A stretch of DNA of 64,000 nt, taken from positions 37,324,001 through 37,388,000 of the forward strand of contig NC_043000.1 of the NCBI RefSeq assembly GCF_006345805.1, given 5' to 3'. A program made the translations under genes and the position numbers. Position 1 is the first letter of the stretch. Every line of letters begins with the position of its first letter. The stretch is from Octopus sinensis. Its lineage: Eukaryota. This document shows positions 22,975 to 38,271 of the stretch, piece by piece. Under the pieces are notes generated by a model. The model was not told the origin of the DNA. It did not search any database and saw only the letters and a program-made list of their open reading frames with translations.

Positions 22975-23256
22975 ATATGCTGGTGCCACATAAAAAGTAC
23001 TTGTACTGCAGTCACATAAAAGCACATGTGTCAGCGCCACATAAAAGCACACATGTCAGTGCCTTGTCAGTGCTATGAAAAAAAGCATCCAGTACACTCT
23101 GTAAAGTGGTTCATGTTGGGAAGGGCACCCAGCTGTAGAAACCATGACAAAGCAGACAACTGGAGCCTGGGCAGCTCTTCAGCTGGCTAACTCCTGTCAC
23201 ACTGTCCAGCCCATGTCGGTATCATAAATGGATGTTAAATGATGATGATGATGATA
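22975..23256 (+). mobile_element. RTE 3'-end fragment
   Basis: gtgccacataaaag subrepeats, ggaagggcacccagctgtagaaaccatg, and a gttaaatgatgatgatgatg tail. Confidence 0.75.
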
Positions 23257-25994
23257 ACCTTTCCCTTTGGTAAAAATAGTAGAGTATTATCTTTTATTTT
23301 TAACAAATCAAGTGACTATGTAGATGTCATCTTTAGATTGCTACAATTGCACAGCAAGGTAGTCTCTGTAAGGAGACTCCATCTGTTAGAACTAGTTACA
23401 AAAAAATGTGTTAAATGATGATTATCCATTGAACTATATTATCCAATGTGTCATTTCCATCTTTAAGAGGTGAGGGTGTGATTTCTTGGAGCTTTTATAA
23501 CTTCAAAATACTGTAACTGGAAAAGTGGATAATCACAGTTGAAATGCTTTTCAACAAAGGTGAACTAGGTCAGGATTGATGTGGTGGTACAAACAACTAC
23601 CACTGAGCAACTATTGTCATTGTTTATATTCTCATTATCATCCAAAATGTATTTATCCCCATAAGCATCATCATTTCAATGATTGTGTCACCCTCTCCAT
23701 CTTCACCTTCTTCACTGTTATATTACTAACTTAAGCTGTCTAAATGCACATTTTGCACCATCTACTTTGATGCCTTGATTATTAAGTCAGGTTGGTTTTA
23801 CCATTTGGTTGCAGCTGGTTTTACCATTTAACTCTAAAGGATCAATAAGATCTATAGCAGTAATAAACTGGGACTGATTCAACAATCTGTACCACTTATC
23901 ACAGCAAAAAAATAAATAAATTTTTTTTTAATGTTACAGCTTTAAACTTTGTGCCTCATTACAGAGAAAGCCCTTATTTGTATAAGTCTTATTGCTTTCA
24001 TTCACAGTGAATATTCTACTTTACTTCAACACCATGGATCACTTCTTATTACTACTCAACCTCATAAAATATGTACTAGTTAAGTAATGTAGTGTTTTCA
24101 TTGACCACCCCCTCCTAACCAAGTGTTTAAGATAAAAATCATTACCAATACCATCATCATCATGAACAACAGAATTGCAATATTTTTTTTTTTGGAAATC
24201 ATACAAGAACGAAAATTCCTTTTCATCCATGAAGACACCTGCAAGCAAACATATACTCTCTCTTTCTTTCTTACTTATTCCCACATTCACTGTGCAGATA
24301 CACATTATTGTGAAGCATTACAGCATCCATGCATTTGTTTTCACATGAATAATACAAATGAAGTGGTTCCAACAAGAAACTGAACTTATGTTGAAAACTT
24401 GGTTCAACCAGACCAAAATTTTATCATTTATAACCAAGACATGCATTTATATACAATTTATGATGTTAATATGTATTTCTATGCACACATACATGAGCAC
24501 TTTACTAACAGTTGTATTTTGGCATATTTTATGCTATCTAGAATTAAAAGCATTTCCTTTTGCCAAGCTCAACAAGTTTCTTTTAAGAGGCAGGTTCAGT
24601 CAATTATAAAAAATAAGTGATAATTATTATATAAATCTAGGATGGCACCCAAACTAGAACTTCTTCAGTTGCAGGCCAACTAGGAAGCCCAACAACAATT
24701 CACGTTGAAATGCTGCTTACATTTCATACACAATGTAGCTGCTGCGCAAATGTTCAAAATAACATCATACAGCTGTTTGCCAAAACTTCCCTTGCCAGCA
24801 TGCTACAACCACTAGCCCACAACATATTTCACTTCTCTTTATATCTTTATTACAATAGCTTCGGTTTCTTTGAACTGGCAAGTTATGCACCATGTTGACC
24901 TAAGTCCTTCTCACATTATCTTAACTCATCATCTCTAATGTATCATACCTTATAAACCTTACATTAAACACTGCCTAATCTTTTCTATTCAGAACTGCTG
25001 TTCTTTAGAAGCCCTGACTGCTACATTTTGATTTTAAGCAATTAACCAAAAGTTCAAGTCAGACATTAAATTCATTAACTCACCAGTACCTGAAAAGATC
25101 ATGGGCATTTCTCTTGTTTTGTTCATTAAATAATCTTATAAAATAACTTTAACAACAACACAGCTACAATCACACTATGACAATATTAACAATAACATTA
25201 AAAATAGTACTGTTCTTGCCACTGCTGGTGCCATAATCACAACCAGCCATGACCATCATCACTGCTTATGATAACATTAACAATACTGACACCACCAGCA
25301 CCTATGATAACCTCTACACATTTTGAACCAATGACAATGATCTATTAAAAATAACAACTAAACCGCCCTCATATCCCACTTTATACTATATTAGAGAAAG
25401 GAAGATCTCGTTGGATAATATAGTTCTAGAATGACTATGTCTCAATAAGTGAAATGGTCAAGGCTGAAACGTCCTTGATTATAAAGGTCAGCAAGATTAG
25501 GACTGACCTAGGTTGAACAACAAAACATTTATAATACTACCTATATTAATTGTGTGACAAGGCTACTAATTGTATAAGGTGACAATTGTAGTACTTATTT
25601 TTCTGAAATGAAAGAAAAAATTAACTGCTGAGATTTGAACACTGAAAATACATGGATAAAACAAAATTCAAGTATTCTGCATTTTTCTATCAACTCACTG
25701 CCCTTTAAGGAAAAAAATAACAGCAACAATAACAGTTTCTATAAAATTCCCTCAGAGAACATTTCTGCCAAAGTAGGAAAGAATGAAGTAAAAGTAAAAT
25801 ACAATGACAATAAATATTGAAGAAAGTAAAAAAAGAAATCAATTTGAAATAAAATGGCACTTGTTAATGGACCCTATTCTCTGAATCAAAAATACTGACA
25901 TCATTAGGTAATGGGTTTTCTGGGACACTATAGACTTCATGTTCACAAATCCTTAGTTTTGTATTGAAAAAAAAAGCACTTTCTGTTTTCTATC

Positions 25995-26037
<43 letters not shown>

Positions 26038-26203
26038 TCACCATATATTCTCTCATATACACACATACACTCTTGCATACACACATACTCTCTCAAATAC
26101 GCAATACACAGGTGTCCCACAGGTAATGCCAGACTTAATGATTAATATGTTAAATGCTGCCTTACTTATGGTACAAGTGATGTATGTACACACATGCACG
26201 CAT

Positions 26204-26245
<42 letters not shown>

Positions 26246-26346
26246 ATACACACATGAATGTATGAACTTTCCAGTTATATTTTTCTCTGAATATACTATT
26301 TATATTGGTTTCTTTCTTATCTTAAGTTCTTTTTTCTTGCTACATA

Positions 26347-26381
<35 letters not shown>

Positions 26382-29300
26382 CCTCTGGTAGTTGTTTTCC
26401 AACTTTGTTCTTTTTTTCCTTATTGATGCAAAATTGTAAGTTCTCTCAGTCTGAATAGAAACCATTTAGAGAGAGAGAGAGAAAGAGAGATAGAAAGAGA
26501 GAGAGAGAGAGAGGGAATAGGTTTATGTGGGGTGATTTGGGGCAGAGAAAAGTTTGTAATCAGTAGAAGGAACAAGATACAAATTGTGTTAAAGATGATA
26601 AAAGCCAATTATAAAATGTAGGGAGTGGAGGGTGGTAGAAAGTGGAGATGAGAGGAAAGAAATATGCAATAAGAATGAAGAGGGAGGAGAGAAGGAGAAA
26701 GAGGGAGAGAGAGAGAGAGAAGGAGAAAGAGGGAGAGAGAGAGAAGATAAAGGGTTGAAGAGAATTATGGAAAGAGGGTGGAGGAATAAAAAAAATTAGA
26801 AAAGAACAAGTTAGAAGTAGATTGTTCAAGACAAAATATATAAACAAAATAAATACATTGATGAATTACATACATTTTACACACGCAAACACACACACAC
26901 ACACACACATATGCACACACACCATACATCCACCTCCTGATAAATGTTCTACCTTTGTAAATGTTGAAGGTATTTTGATGGATTCAAAGAGAAGTTTTTT
27001 TCTTCAACATTTCATCTCTTCATTCTGTACTTTTTTTTTGTATCTGTGTTTTCATTTGATATACTTTGTATATTTTGTTTTTTCCCTTGTATATTTTCTC
27101 CCTCTTCCTTTCTTATTTAGCTTTTTTATACATTTGCAACACATTTCTTTTCAAGTCAAAGCTCTCTGATGAAAGAATTGTTCCAAGTTATGTTCACACA
27201 CACACACTCAAACATATGCACATTTTTGTGCATAATGCATTTATAAATGTGAATGCACACACAGAGATATATATATGTGTATATATATATATATATATAT
27301 ACATAAAAACAGTCTTATAGATGTACTCAGGCACATATGTATCCATAAAAGTGTGCATACATAATCACAGATGTCTGTACCTTTATATGCAAATAAACTG
27401 TATACAAATGCACATGGACACATACACTCAAAAATGCATATATGAATTTGTGTACATCTGTACATATTCTAATGCTGATTCTCATACATACTGAGAATCC
27501 TGATTATATGTTTTGTGTAAGTTAGATATGTATACACTGGTGATAGTAAAGGAGGAGGAAAATGCCTTCAAAATATCACAATACATTGATGGGGGAAAAA
27601 AAAGTTCTGATAGTTGAGAGAGATACCACTGTAGCTAAAGCATTGTAGCAACAATAGGGACAACAACATCAACAGCAGCAACTACAAAAACAACAGCAAC
27701 ATTTAATAATAGCTTAGCAAATGCAGTGATGACAATGAATGAGTAAAATAATAAGAACAGTAGTAGCGACAGTAGGAATAGCAACATTAATGATAGCTTG
27801 ACAAATGAAGAGATGACAATGACTAGAGTAACAGCAGCAACAGCAAGATTGGCAACAATAGCAGCAGCAAGATTAACAACAGCAATGCAGACAACATCTG
27901 ATGTCATAATTTAAAACAAAAGGCAGCCACTGCTCTGTTTATCTGAGATATAACAAACACATCAGCTATTGTAATCATCGTCATCAACATCACTCACATC
28001 CTTGTCTGCTGATGTTATTTAGCCCCAAGTCAGTTATGATTGAACAGTCCAATGTCAAAGGCACTCCAGCCTTGACCATACCATCTTTTTCAGTGGGGAC
28101 ACCTTGTATCTAGGATTATATTATATAATGTGACCATTTTAAAGAAAAGTGGTTCTGTGAGAGTCTAATTGGAAGATTATTTGACTGCTATTTCCAACAG
28201 GTTGAACGACCATGTAGAAGCTTTCTCGATGGGTTGTCATAATAAATGGTACTTAGTGTACTGCAGCTGTTGCTAATAATTTCAATTATAACAATTGAAA
28301 TAGTAACTTCTACAAAATTATTCATTTGACAAATAAGTTACATTATCAATATATGAAATGGTTCTAATTCGTCACACATAGCATTTTTGTAATTAGCAAC
28401 AAGTAATTACATTTTATAGCAGAGCATAATGTAATACACCACCACTACTAGAACTTCTTGTATAAATAGAGAGAACAAAATCCTTGATATTAATATAGTT
28501 GCACTAAGCATTGATGATTACAAAGTCTCTAAGTATTGTATGAAGACAGGTCTAGAAAAGACATTATCTTTCTTTGACTAAGATATACAAAAACCATTAA
28601 TCACAATGATAATACTTACCATATGCTTGCAATAAAAAAAATTGATTGAAATTTTTAAAAATATTGTTAAATATGTGGTAAATTTCTTAATATTGTTTAA
28701 ATTGGATCTCGGGAATTTTACCCGTCCTAGGTAGATTGTTTAAATAATGAATAAGCTATGAAGCCTTTATGCAGTCAGTTGACCTGCTAGTAGGCCCTGT
28801 GCTGAACTTCTCAAAAAATTGAAGGTGTCCAAATGTATGTTTGGATGTAATTTTTTAAAAGTACAATCAATGTCTAAGCTAACATAAAAAAAGCTCAAAT
28901 TGAAGAAATTTTATGACATTTTCAATATGTAGAAAATTGAATATGTGGAAAATTAAATATGTTAAAAATAAAAGAATGGCTTGAAAATTTCATTTTGAGA
29001 CAAAATAAATGGCTTTTTGTCATCCAATGGATAAAAATAGAAACTAAAGTATAAAATTTATTTATATCCAGGTGATTAATTTGTTACTTTGTCCAGCAAA
29101 ATTTACTCAGATTTTACAATGTTTTACACAACTGTTGTGATTTTGTGGAAAAAGGGCTCAAGGTAAAATTCAAAGGCTACTTGTGCTCTTGAAAATTCAA
29201 GATATATGCACAATTAACGATTAGATTTCAAAATGTTATCCTTTGCCAAAATTTATTGATATTTGATATACATTTTTCCAATTTTTACCTATCTGATAAT

Positions 29301-30832
29301 TTTCTTTAAATCTTGGTTACATTTTCTGCTTATAACAAAAATATCCAAGTGTTTTTTTATTTTCTAAAGAAACATGGGAATATGGGAGAGTTGGGACAGG
29401 AGTAACATAACTTATGAAATAAGAAAGTAAAGTCAATAAGAGTTTACAAGACATAATTTGTATCATAGATCAAGTATGCTTTACATAACTGAAAAAAATT
29501 TACTTGACAAGAACTATGATGCAGAAAAGTAATTCAGAAGTTGATAACTTATATTCAGTATCAGATTTTAATTTAATATAATTCACTAAGGCATCTATTT
29601 CTCTCAAAGATCCTTCTTCTCTAATGGAGCAATATCTTGTGAAATGTCCTCCTATTCTGCAATTTTTCTTCCATGATATAGTCTGCTTTTGCTGCTGATT
29701 AACTTCTTCATCACAAATCAACCAAGACCTAGTGGATGTGTTTTTCAAATCTGACCTATCTTTTTCCCTAAATGTGTCCTGAATTTTTGAGAAATTTGTT
29801 ACAGGCCTACAAACCAGATTCATCAACCTGACCAAATCCATTTGTTCTCATTAACCTCAATGTGACTTAGTAACTTAACATGTGACTTAGTAACTTAAGC
29901 ATGGTTGGTGTAATGCTGATCCAATTTAGGTCTATTTGAAAGAACTAATAAAGGCCAAAACTAATACTTTAGTAATGTTTTGCATAGATATGATCTATGG
30001 TATCAAGGGTTCTCAGAATACCAGCTAACTTAGTGCCAAAAAATTTTAACTTCTTCAGATCAGTTTCTTTTATTCTTTAAATTTAATTTAATATATAAAA
30101 TGACATCACAATAAATGAGAATGACACTTTCAAGAAGCCTTTAAACACTAACATAGCAATATTTTTTACCAAGTTATGATAAAAAGGATGTCATACTCAG
30201 TAAAAAATTATATCCATTATTATATTGATCAAATAATTAAGATGAAAATCAATTTCTTATTTTGTGTACTCATAAAAAAACAACTAAACTTTTGCCCTAG
30301 AATTATAAAGAATTGAGACATTTTACCAGTATTTAGTGAGTAACTATCTACATTTGTACTAGTATAAGCAAAATATAAACTCAATTTTATTTCAGAAGTT
30401 CCACTCTGCAAAAATTACAATAGGCATTCCATTTCAACATTTTATTTGCAGTTTAATGCTCTCATTTGAGCACTATTTTTGAAAAACTGCTATAAATGGC
30501 TACAACCATCCTGTTGTATCATTCTTTCAAAATTACAAAAGAGATATATTTGAATTTTTTTCACTTACAAAGATTTATATAGACATCAGAGTCTATAGCA
30601 TGGAAAACGAACGTTAAACGATGATGGTGATGATGATGATGATATATATATATATATATGGTGCCACGTTTGAAGTACCCAGCAGACACTGTAATGTGGT
30701 TGGTGTTAGGAAGGGTATCCAGCCATAGAAACCAAGTTAAATAAGACTGGAACTTAGTACAGCTTTTCAGCTTGCCAACTCAGGTCAAACTGTCCAACCT
30801 ATGCCAGTGTTGAAACTGGATGATGGTGATGA

Positions 30833-30874
<42 letters not shown>

Positions 30875-30964
30875 TTATGAAGTAATGTATATCATATATA
30901 TGTATATATGTATATATACACACATGTATGTATGTGTATGTGTGGAATTATATATTGTATATAT

Positions 30965-31185
30965 AGTTGAAATTTACAGAAAAACAAAAGATGAAGACAG
31001 GTGTATAAACAACAAACAGATGTATTAGTTTAATACTCAGGAAGATGAGAAAGTCTTTTATGTTTCAAGCCTACGCTCTTCAACTGAAAGGAACACGAGG
31101 AAATAAACAGAAAGAATAAAAAAAGAATAAAATGAGAGAATAAAAAACTTTTGGACTTAGCAGTCAATCATGGCGGCTGCAAAAA
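30965..31185 (-). mobile_element. Short pLTR-like element with a decayed HHR (31055-31090)
   Basis: Same layout as 9679-9888: cuuu CAGUUGA A GAGC-GUAG-GCUU GAAAC-A-UA AAAG. Confidence 0.5.
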
Positions 31186-32390
31186 TATATATACAAAGAT
31201 TAAAGAATACTATGAGCCCTAACTGACATACTGTAAATAAGGGAAAAAAAGATAAGGAAACCTATGTTACTTAACATATGGTACAAATAATTCATCATGG
31301 ATTCTGTTAATTATAGTACTAGTAACATAAACCACAATAGGTTACACAAAATCAAAGCAAGACTCTCCATATCCTAACAAGCTACATATGCTTCATATTC
31401 ATTGATCATCTATATTACATAGCCAATGTATTCAAATAAAAAGGCCATCTAACAAAAGGAGCATAAAAACCAATGAAAGGGCCTCTAGCCAAATTTTCCA
31501 AAAGGGATACTTTTCTGTTTTAAATAGGAGATACATAGTGTATCTAGGATTATGTCATCTTATGTCTGAAAATAAAAGATAGGGTGGTCACTGCTAGAAC
31601 ATACATCTGCTGGATCAAGGCTGCCCTAAGCCTAAATAACAAGAGCAAGAAGATATGACTCCTAGTCAAAGTTTGATCTAAATTACAGCTACTCTTGAAA
31701 CTACATTGCTGTATCAGTTATCCAGTAGAATACTATCAGTACACCACTTTAAATTCATTTTGTTTGCATTTTGATCAAAGCTAAACAAAACTACAGAACA
31801 CTCCACTTTGGTTATACAATTCAGGTAAGTTCCTGAGCCCTAAATCTATACTCAGTCATCATTCACAAACATAAATTCAGTGTAATTAAGTTAACCACAC
31901 ACACATATGACTTTGTCTAACTCTAAAGCATTCATCATTTAGACATTAAGTAATAGAGAGGAAAGTAAAGTAAATGAAATATGTGTATTAATTAATACAA
32001 GAAACCACATATGCTATTTGGTCCCCTATATAAAAGTAGGTAATGTTTACATTTTATGGTGACATTCTGATATGCCAATTGATGGAATATAATTATCCCT
32101 CATGTGAAAAAACAACTGATGGTTGGTGACAGGAAGAGTATCTAGCTGTAAGATCCTGTCTCAAAATCAATTCCCATTCATGCCACACTAGCATGGGAAA
32201 ATGAATGTTAAACCAATGATCATATATATACATATATGTATGTGTGTATATCATCATCATCATTTAAAGTCCGTTTTCCATGCTAGCATGGGTTGGACAG
32301 TTCGACCGGGGTCTTGTAAGCCATGGAGGCTGCAATAGGCTCTAGTCTTATTTGGCAGTGTTTCCACAGCTGGATGACCTTCCTAACGCC

Positions 32391-32426
<36 letters not shown>

Positions 32427-33019
32427 CGGAGAGGGAGCCACATATATACATTCATATGCATACATGTATAAGTATACATGTAAGTACATATACAAGCATA
32501 TATATTTAAAAAATGGCACAACGACTGTTTTATAAAAACAAATTCTGTACCTATACTATGTATTGAGTACTACATATGAAAGCAGTCCATTTCACTTGAA
32601 TCAATCTCAGTGACTACCTGTCTACCTACTTATCTCTAGGAACAACTATGGCTATGAGGTTACAAAGATTGCTTAGTGGGGTTTGCTCACTCTGTAGGTA
32701 GGCTGTTGGTTGGTGTCCTCTACTATAGCTAATATAGTTTAAGTGAACTTTGGTAGATGGTAACTGAAAGAAACTCATCATGTAGGAGGGGGACTGTGTA
32801 CCCCCTTTGGTTGTGCTGATTGTAAACAAAGTGTCACTCTTTATACCAGGCCTTCTCAAAGGGCTGTATTTAGAGCACTAAAAGGGCGAATAAATGCATA
32901 TGGATCTACCAGAGATGAATTAATTACTCTACATTTAGAAATCCATTTATACCAGAACAAAAATTTCCAAGAGAATGCCAAACTGGATGTGATGGCTGCC
33001 AGTGATACATTGTTCAGTT

Positions 33020-33400
33020 ATAACTCATTGAAAACAAACGGATTATTTAAAGGAACAAATGATCCTACTCTGACCAAAATGGTTTTGATTTTTTGAAAAG
33101 ATTGTAGCAAAATATCCCAGCTACTATGCAACTGTTGAACCCATTTTATTATGTTTTTGCCATAAGAGAAGCACTTTGAACATAGATCATATAAGTTGTT
33201 GCTCAAATTCACAAACCTACAACTTAATATTCATGATTTTCTCCTGGCTATCAAACCTACCCTTCTCATTACAGAAATCATTCAAACATTAAAGATGTGT
33301 TTGCATTTAGAGCTGACTGTGTTGACTGATTCTTTTCTAGTGAATCAGTTAAGTTTTGTAATTGAAGACTTGATTGTATGAGAATGGATGCAAATCAAAT
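33020..33400 (-). pseudogene. Decayed L1/Tx1-like LINE RT fragment
   Basis: Frameshifted GLIA-(LD)QEK followed by CFSYGKNIIKWVQQLH, resembling LDQEKAFD...KFGFGxxFIxWIxxLY. Confidence 0.5.
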
Positions 33401-33754
33401 TTTGTTATAGGAGTGTATCAAGTAAAATGTCTGAGAAGTTTTGATTTATAAAAATGGTGTTGTTTATTTGCAGTCCTCAACAAAAATATACCCAGCTTTC
33501 TTGATAGGTCTTGATATGTGTGTGTTGACTGTAAACAAAGAGTTACCATTCATACAGACAGTGCCATTTGTTTACAGTTCTCTGTGAATGTGTGCCTAGG
33601 CTGTTCTGTGTTGAATAGAATGAGGGAATTATTAACTAGCTGAGAAATAGACAAAGATTGGCAACAGGAAGGCCATTCTGCCTCACAAAATTCTTGTATG
33701 GACCATACAAGTATGGAATAATACATGTTAAAATGATGATGATGAAATATCATC

Positions 33755-34195
33755 ATCATCATTTAACGTCTGTTTTCCATGCTGGCATGGGATGACAGTT
33801 TGACCAAAGCTGACCAGCTGAAGGGGGCTATTCAGGTCTCAGTTTGTTCTGGCATGGTTTTTACGGTTGGATACCCTTCCTAATGCCAACAACTTTACAG
33901 AGTGTACTGAGTGCATTTACACAGCACGAGCATGGGTAGCAGCACCTATGAACCCATGAGATTAGGGATGCTCAACTGGAGAGGTTTGCAGGGGACAAGC
34001 CTGTATGCAAGGACAACCATGCTTTTACTTAGTTTCACATGTATTTTCAAGCACAGCAAACCACCAGGAGTCTCAGTCCCCAGTCGTCCCTTCTGTGAGT
34101 CTCAGCATTTGTAGATCCTTTCTCACCACCTCGTCCCATGTCTTCCTGAGTCTACCCCTTCCACATGTTCCCACTACAATTAGAGAGATCAGCCA
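33755..34195 (-). mobile_element. RTE 3' fragment (tail plus end of ORF)
   Basis: catcatcatcatttaacgtctgttttccatgctggc...; accacctcgtcccatgtcttcctgagtctacc corresponds to GRPRKTWDEVV. Confidence 0.75.
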
Positions 34196-34299
34196 CACAT
34201 ACTTACACACACACACACACACACACACATGTATGTATTTCTTTTATTAGTTTAGTCAGGAGGAAGAGGTTGTGTTCATAGTGTTAACAGTTGCAAGTC

Positions 34300-35200
34300 A
34301 AAATTGCAGGAACATCAAAAGTAAAGATGAAATTCCTAATGGCAAACATTCTGAGTAGGAATAACTGGGTGTAGTGGTAAGTGTGGGGCCTGGAAAGAGG
34401 AACACATTATAAGTGAATAGAGGAGAGACAAGTAATTCAGGTGTAGCCAAGTGGAGGTGGTATGAGACCAGCCAGTTCTAAAGAACAGAGGTCATTGCAG
34501 TAGTTGTAGTAGAAACAGAGAATAAACAATATATCTAAGAACCATTGCAATATGTTGGTGAAGGACTATAGGCTAAGTAGCTGAGTGACTATTCACTGAA
34601 TACAGTTTAGGATGTTTATGTATGTGTAACAACAACTCTTTCCCATATGTAAGAACTTCATCGTGGGTCTCATTTGAATATTGAAGAAAGTTAGTAGTTG
34701 ATAGAGTGAAAGTATTTTGTGACAAGAAAAGGCTAATCATTGCCACGTTGAGTATGTGCTCTCACCAGAGGAGATCCTCAGTTTTGGTGAAGCCCAGCAT
34801 TTGAATCAATTAAGTGGGCTCTAGTTGCTTGCCATCCATGCTTAGTGAGGGGGATGCAATGTTTTCCTGATATGTTCAATGATTGTATCTCTTTGCAATT
34901 GCAGGAGTAGAGATTAGCATAGTAGTAACAGAGAATGTCTTCCAAGGTTTGCGTGCATGGAAATGGTGTCGAATAAGGTGTCAAAATTACATGTGGATGT
35001 TTCTTGAGCAGATATGGTTAGAGAACAAAGTAAAGAGTAGTATTGTAAATGTAGGTGCAGGAATTGTTGCAGGCATAGTAGGAGGAGTGTGGAGAACAAA
35101 CCAAACTTTGAGGTAAATCAGAGTTCATGAAATATGGGTGTGAGAGAAAGAGAAAGAAAGATAGAGAGAGAGAAAGAGACCCCCATAAAAATAATAGAAA
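34300..35200 (-). pseudogene. Heavily decayed CR1/Jockey-like LINE endonuclease region (tentative)
   Basis: Weak similarity only (ISGKHC...HGWQ...DSNAGL vs IAGDFNxHHxxWL..TDxAG). Boundaries uncertain. Confidence 0.35.
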
Positions 35201-35324
35201 GATCTTATAATAAGCCATGATCCAAGACATGAGAGACAAATGGATCCTATAGGAAAAAGCAAATGTTACATAAACTGTAGGTATTTTTAACCAAGTAATT
35301 ATATATACATATTTGCCTTATAAG

Positions 35325-35542
35325 ATATATCCTTCTCAACTCTAGGCAGAGGGCCTGAAATTTGGGGGGAGGGAGCCTGTCGATTAGATCGACCCCAGTA
35401 TGCAAGTGGTACTTGATTTATCGGCCCTGAAAGGATGAAAGGCACAGTCGACCTCAGTGGAATGAACAGAAAGACAGATGAAATACCACTAAGCATTTCG
35501 CTGAGCATGCCAATGTTTCTGCAGCTCACCGCCTCTATAAGG
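35325..35542 (-). mobile_element. tRNA-derived SINE (family B)
   Basis: Minus strand head gaggcggtgagctgcagaa and central gaggtcgactgtgcctttcatcctttcagggccgataaatcaagtacc. Decayed relatives near 43500, 47150 and 57760. Confidence 0.8.
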
Positions 35543-35944
35543 TATATCATTTTTAGAATTCTGTAAGCAAAGTCAAAAACAAATTAGTGATTCCAGCGAG
35601 GAATTTTAGCATTCAGGAATTACATCCACAATAATATGGTTCTGGCTTTGATCCCAATATGCAGTTCCTTGGGTCAGTGTTTTCTACCATAACTTCAAGT
35701 TAGCATAAGCATTTGTGAGTACTGAAATTGGGCAGATAAGTGCGTGGAAACCTATCAGATGCATAGCCCCAGTTCTTGGGTGGAAGACTTAATCCATCAA
35801 CCAGCTTGAAATTCCCACCTGGCCCTTAAGTACCTAAAGTAGTATCTACTCTGTGGCAAGTATTTGGACCAGATCTTCAGTTTCTCATTCACCAATAATC
35901 TTAAAGTCTACCAGAATGGCCATGGGTGCTCCTCCACTAAGCTA

Positions 35945-35946
<2 letters not shown>

Positions 35947-35979
<33 letters not shown>
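35947..35979. repeat. (AAT)n microsatellite
   Basis: Directly visible. Confidence 0.95.
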
Positions 35980-35981
<2 letters not shown>

Positions 35982-38238
35982 TAAAAGATAATAAAGATTG
36001 AGACAATTGGAGATATGCAGTGTTGCAGACTTCCTAGCATGGAAACCAGACTTAACAGCTATAATTGTTTGTTCACAAGTACACACACACAAATGATTAA
36101 ATACATTACTAGAGATTCGATAAATTTCTCTAATATGGAGCCATTCATACTATTTAATGGCTCATCTGGGATACAGAATGTTATATTCTTTCATTATAAA
36201 CGTATACCATTGAGAAGAAAAGGCTTGTATATAATGGATATTAAATTTGATTACCAGCTTTTCATCTGTAAATTAATCCCTCTGCAAGTGTTTCATTGTC
36301 TCTTTCAGCAAAACACAAGTTTTTCTACACTTGCCTTAGTATACCTAGCAATGGAATTAATACTGAGCCATCCACAAATATCTTGCAAGAAACTTTAGCA
36401 AGAACTTGAGGAAAATTTTAATATTTTCAAAATCTAGAGCTAAGTAATACTCTTAAGAATCAATATTATTCTTGAAAAAAATCTTGTTATCTAAATTTAT
36501 CAATGTAAAATTTTTGCCAATGCAAACTATCACCAATTTTCTTGGATTCTGAATTTTACTGTATTTATGTAAAAGTTATGTTTAGCTTATAGTTTGTTAA
36601 TTAGTCTCTTATGCATTCACTAATTGTTGTTCAGCTCTTTCTATTTATATTCTCATTATCATTTGCCAAGAAGTAATTCATTTCTACTTGAAGTTTTTGC
36701 TTTTGTTTCACTTAATTTTGAAAATAGTAGTAGTGGTGGTGGTGGTGGTGTCTTTATGTTTTGTTTTGTTACCCAATCAGCTCAGTTGTTGACTTCCTAT
36801 TGAAATATAATACAACTACTAGAAAAAAAAAGGCAGTGTTTTTACATTACTAAAGAAATCAATGGATCATTTGTTTAACTGACAAGTGAAATCCATTATC
36901 ACCCTTTAGGGAGTGATGTGGTTGTTTATGAGGTGGTTTCTCTTCTTCTTCTTCTTGTGGTTGCTTTCATTCACTTAGATATGATTGATTGGTTGAAAAT
37001 TCCAAGATTAACGGGGTTGAGAGGGAAGGAGGTTAAAGGCGCTGTAAGCTGGCAATGTTCATTTACTGCCTCTCATCAAACTCCATCTCCCCTTCTCTCC
37101 CACCTGCAAACCAACATAATCATCACCACCATCATCATCCTTAACAGTATCACAACAATGCACCCACCCACCACAATTCCAGTGGCCCAGATGAGTAAAG
37201 TAGGTAATGCATTTAGTAATTTTAAGCTGATTGATAGATGCTTTATTTAGAAGTTTCTGGAAACATCTATTGTGAAGCGGAAATGGGAGTCACATACATT
37301 GCTGCTTCCTTTTTAACTATGCCTGGAGGAAGAATGCAGGAAAGAGTCTTAGAATTCTGTAAAATTATTTTAGTCTGTTTATTTCTTCATGAATTGATCA
37401 TGGATGGATGGTTGGATAGATGGATTGTTGGATGGGGTGGTGAGGGAAGAAAAAGAGGAAGAGAGAGATTAAAACAGAGATGGATTGAAGAAAAAATTGA
37501 TGGATTGAATAATAGAATGACATGTAAAGTAAAAGTGCTCTCTCTCTCTCCACACAAAGGCATACATATACCAATGAACTATATATATATTATATATAAT
37601 AAATTTTTTAAATGTATTGATTAGTATTATCCTTATTTTAAAAAAAAACTTTCTCTGCAATGTATGTGCATGTGTGTGTGTAGCTATATTCAAATAACAG
37701 CACTTACAAGTCTAATTATGTTTCTTTCTCTTTCCCATTGGTCTGAGAGGATTAGTATAAAGGAAAGTCTTAGGTATTTTTGTATAGGTATGCATTTTTA
37801 GGGTGGAGTAGGAGTGTTGTTAATTTTAGGAAGTGACTGTTAATTGATAGATTGGCCAGCACCAGTTCCTGAGTGGAAAACTCTGTCACCCAGTTTGAAA
37901 TTACCATTTGGCCATTAGATGCCTTTAGTAGATGAGTATGATGGTGATGATGAATTTTATTAATATTTGAGGGTAAAAGAGTAAGGTTAACTTAGACAGA
38001 ATTTAAGTACAAAGATATGACACTGATTCAACTAGATGCCTTAAATTATCTATGTACTAGCAGAGATACCTGGCATTGCCTGTGTTACATGACTTTTTGA
38101 AGAATTAGACATTTTCTCAAATGTTATATTTTCTTATCAAACCAGTAAGTTAAGGGGATGTAAATAAACAAGCAGCAGTTATGAAGCAGTGATGAGGGAG
38201 AAACACAGAGACGAAGACACACACATACACTTACATAT

Positions 38239-38269
<31 letters not shown>

Positions 38270-38271
<2 letters not shown>

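Noticed and set aside
27165-27195. CTGATGA-aagaattgttcc-aagtta
   Set aside because: No GAAA and no stem I. At best an unprovable decayed HHR.
29500-29841. 113-aa minus-strand ORF
   Set aside because: No recognisable domain or convincing splice context. Probably chance or a decayed transposon.
31781-31824. Candidate 44-nt exon with CAG/GTAAGT donor
   Set aside because: Splice-like signals only. The peptide (AKQNYRTLHFGYTIQ or LNKTTEHSTLVIQF) is not recognised and has no linked exons.
36015-36570. 127-aa ORF, possible Penelope/Poseidon RT relic
   Set aside because: Only vague motif similarity across frameshifts, too weak to call.
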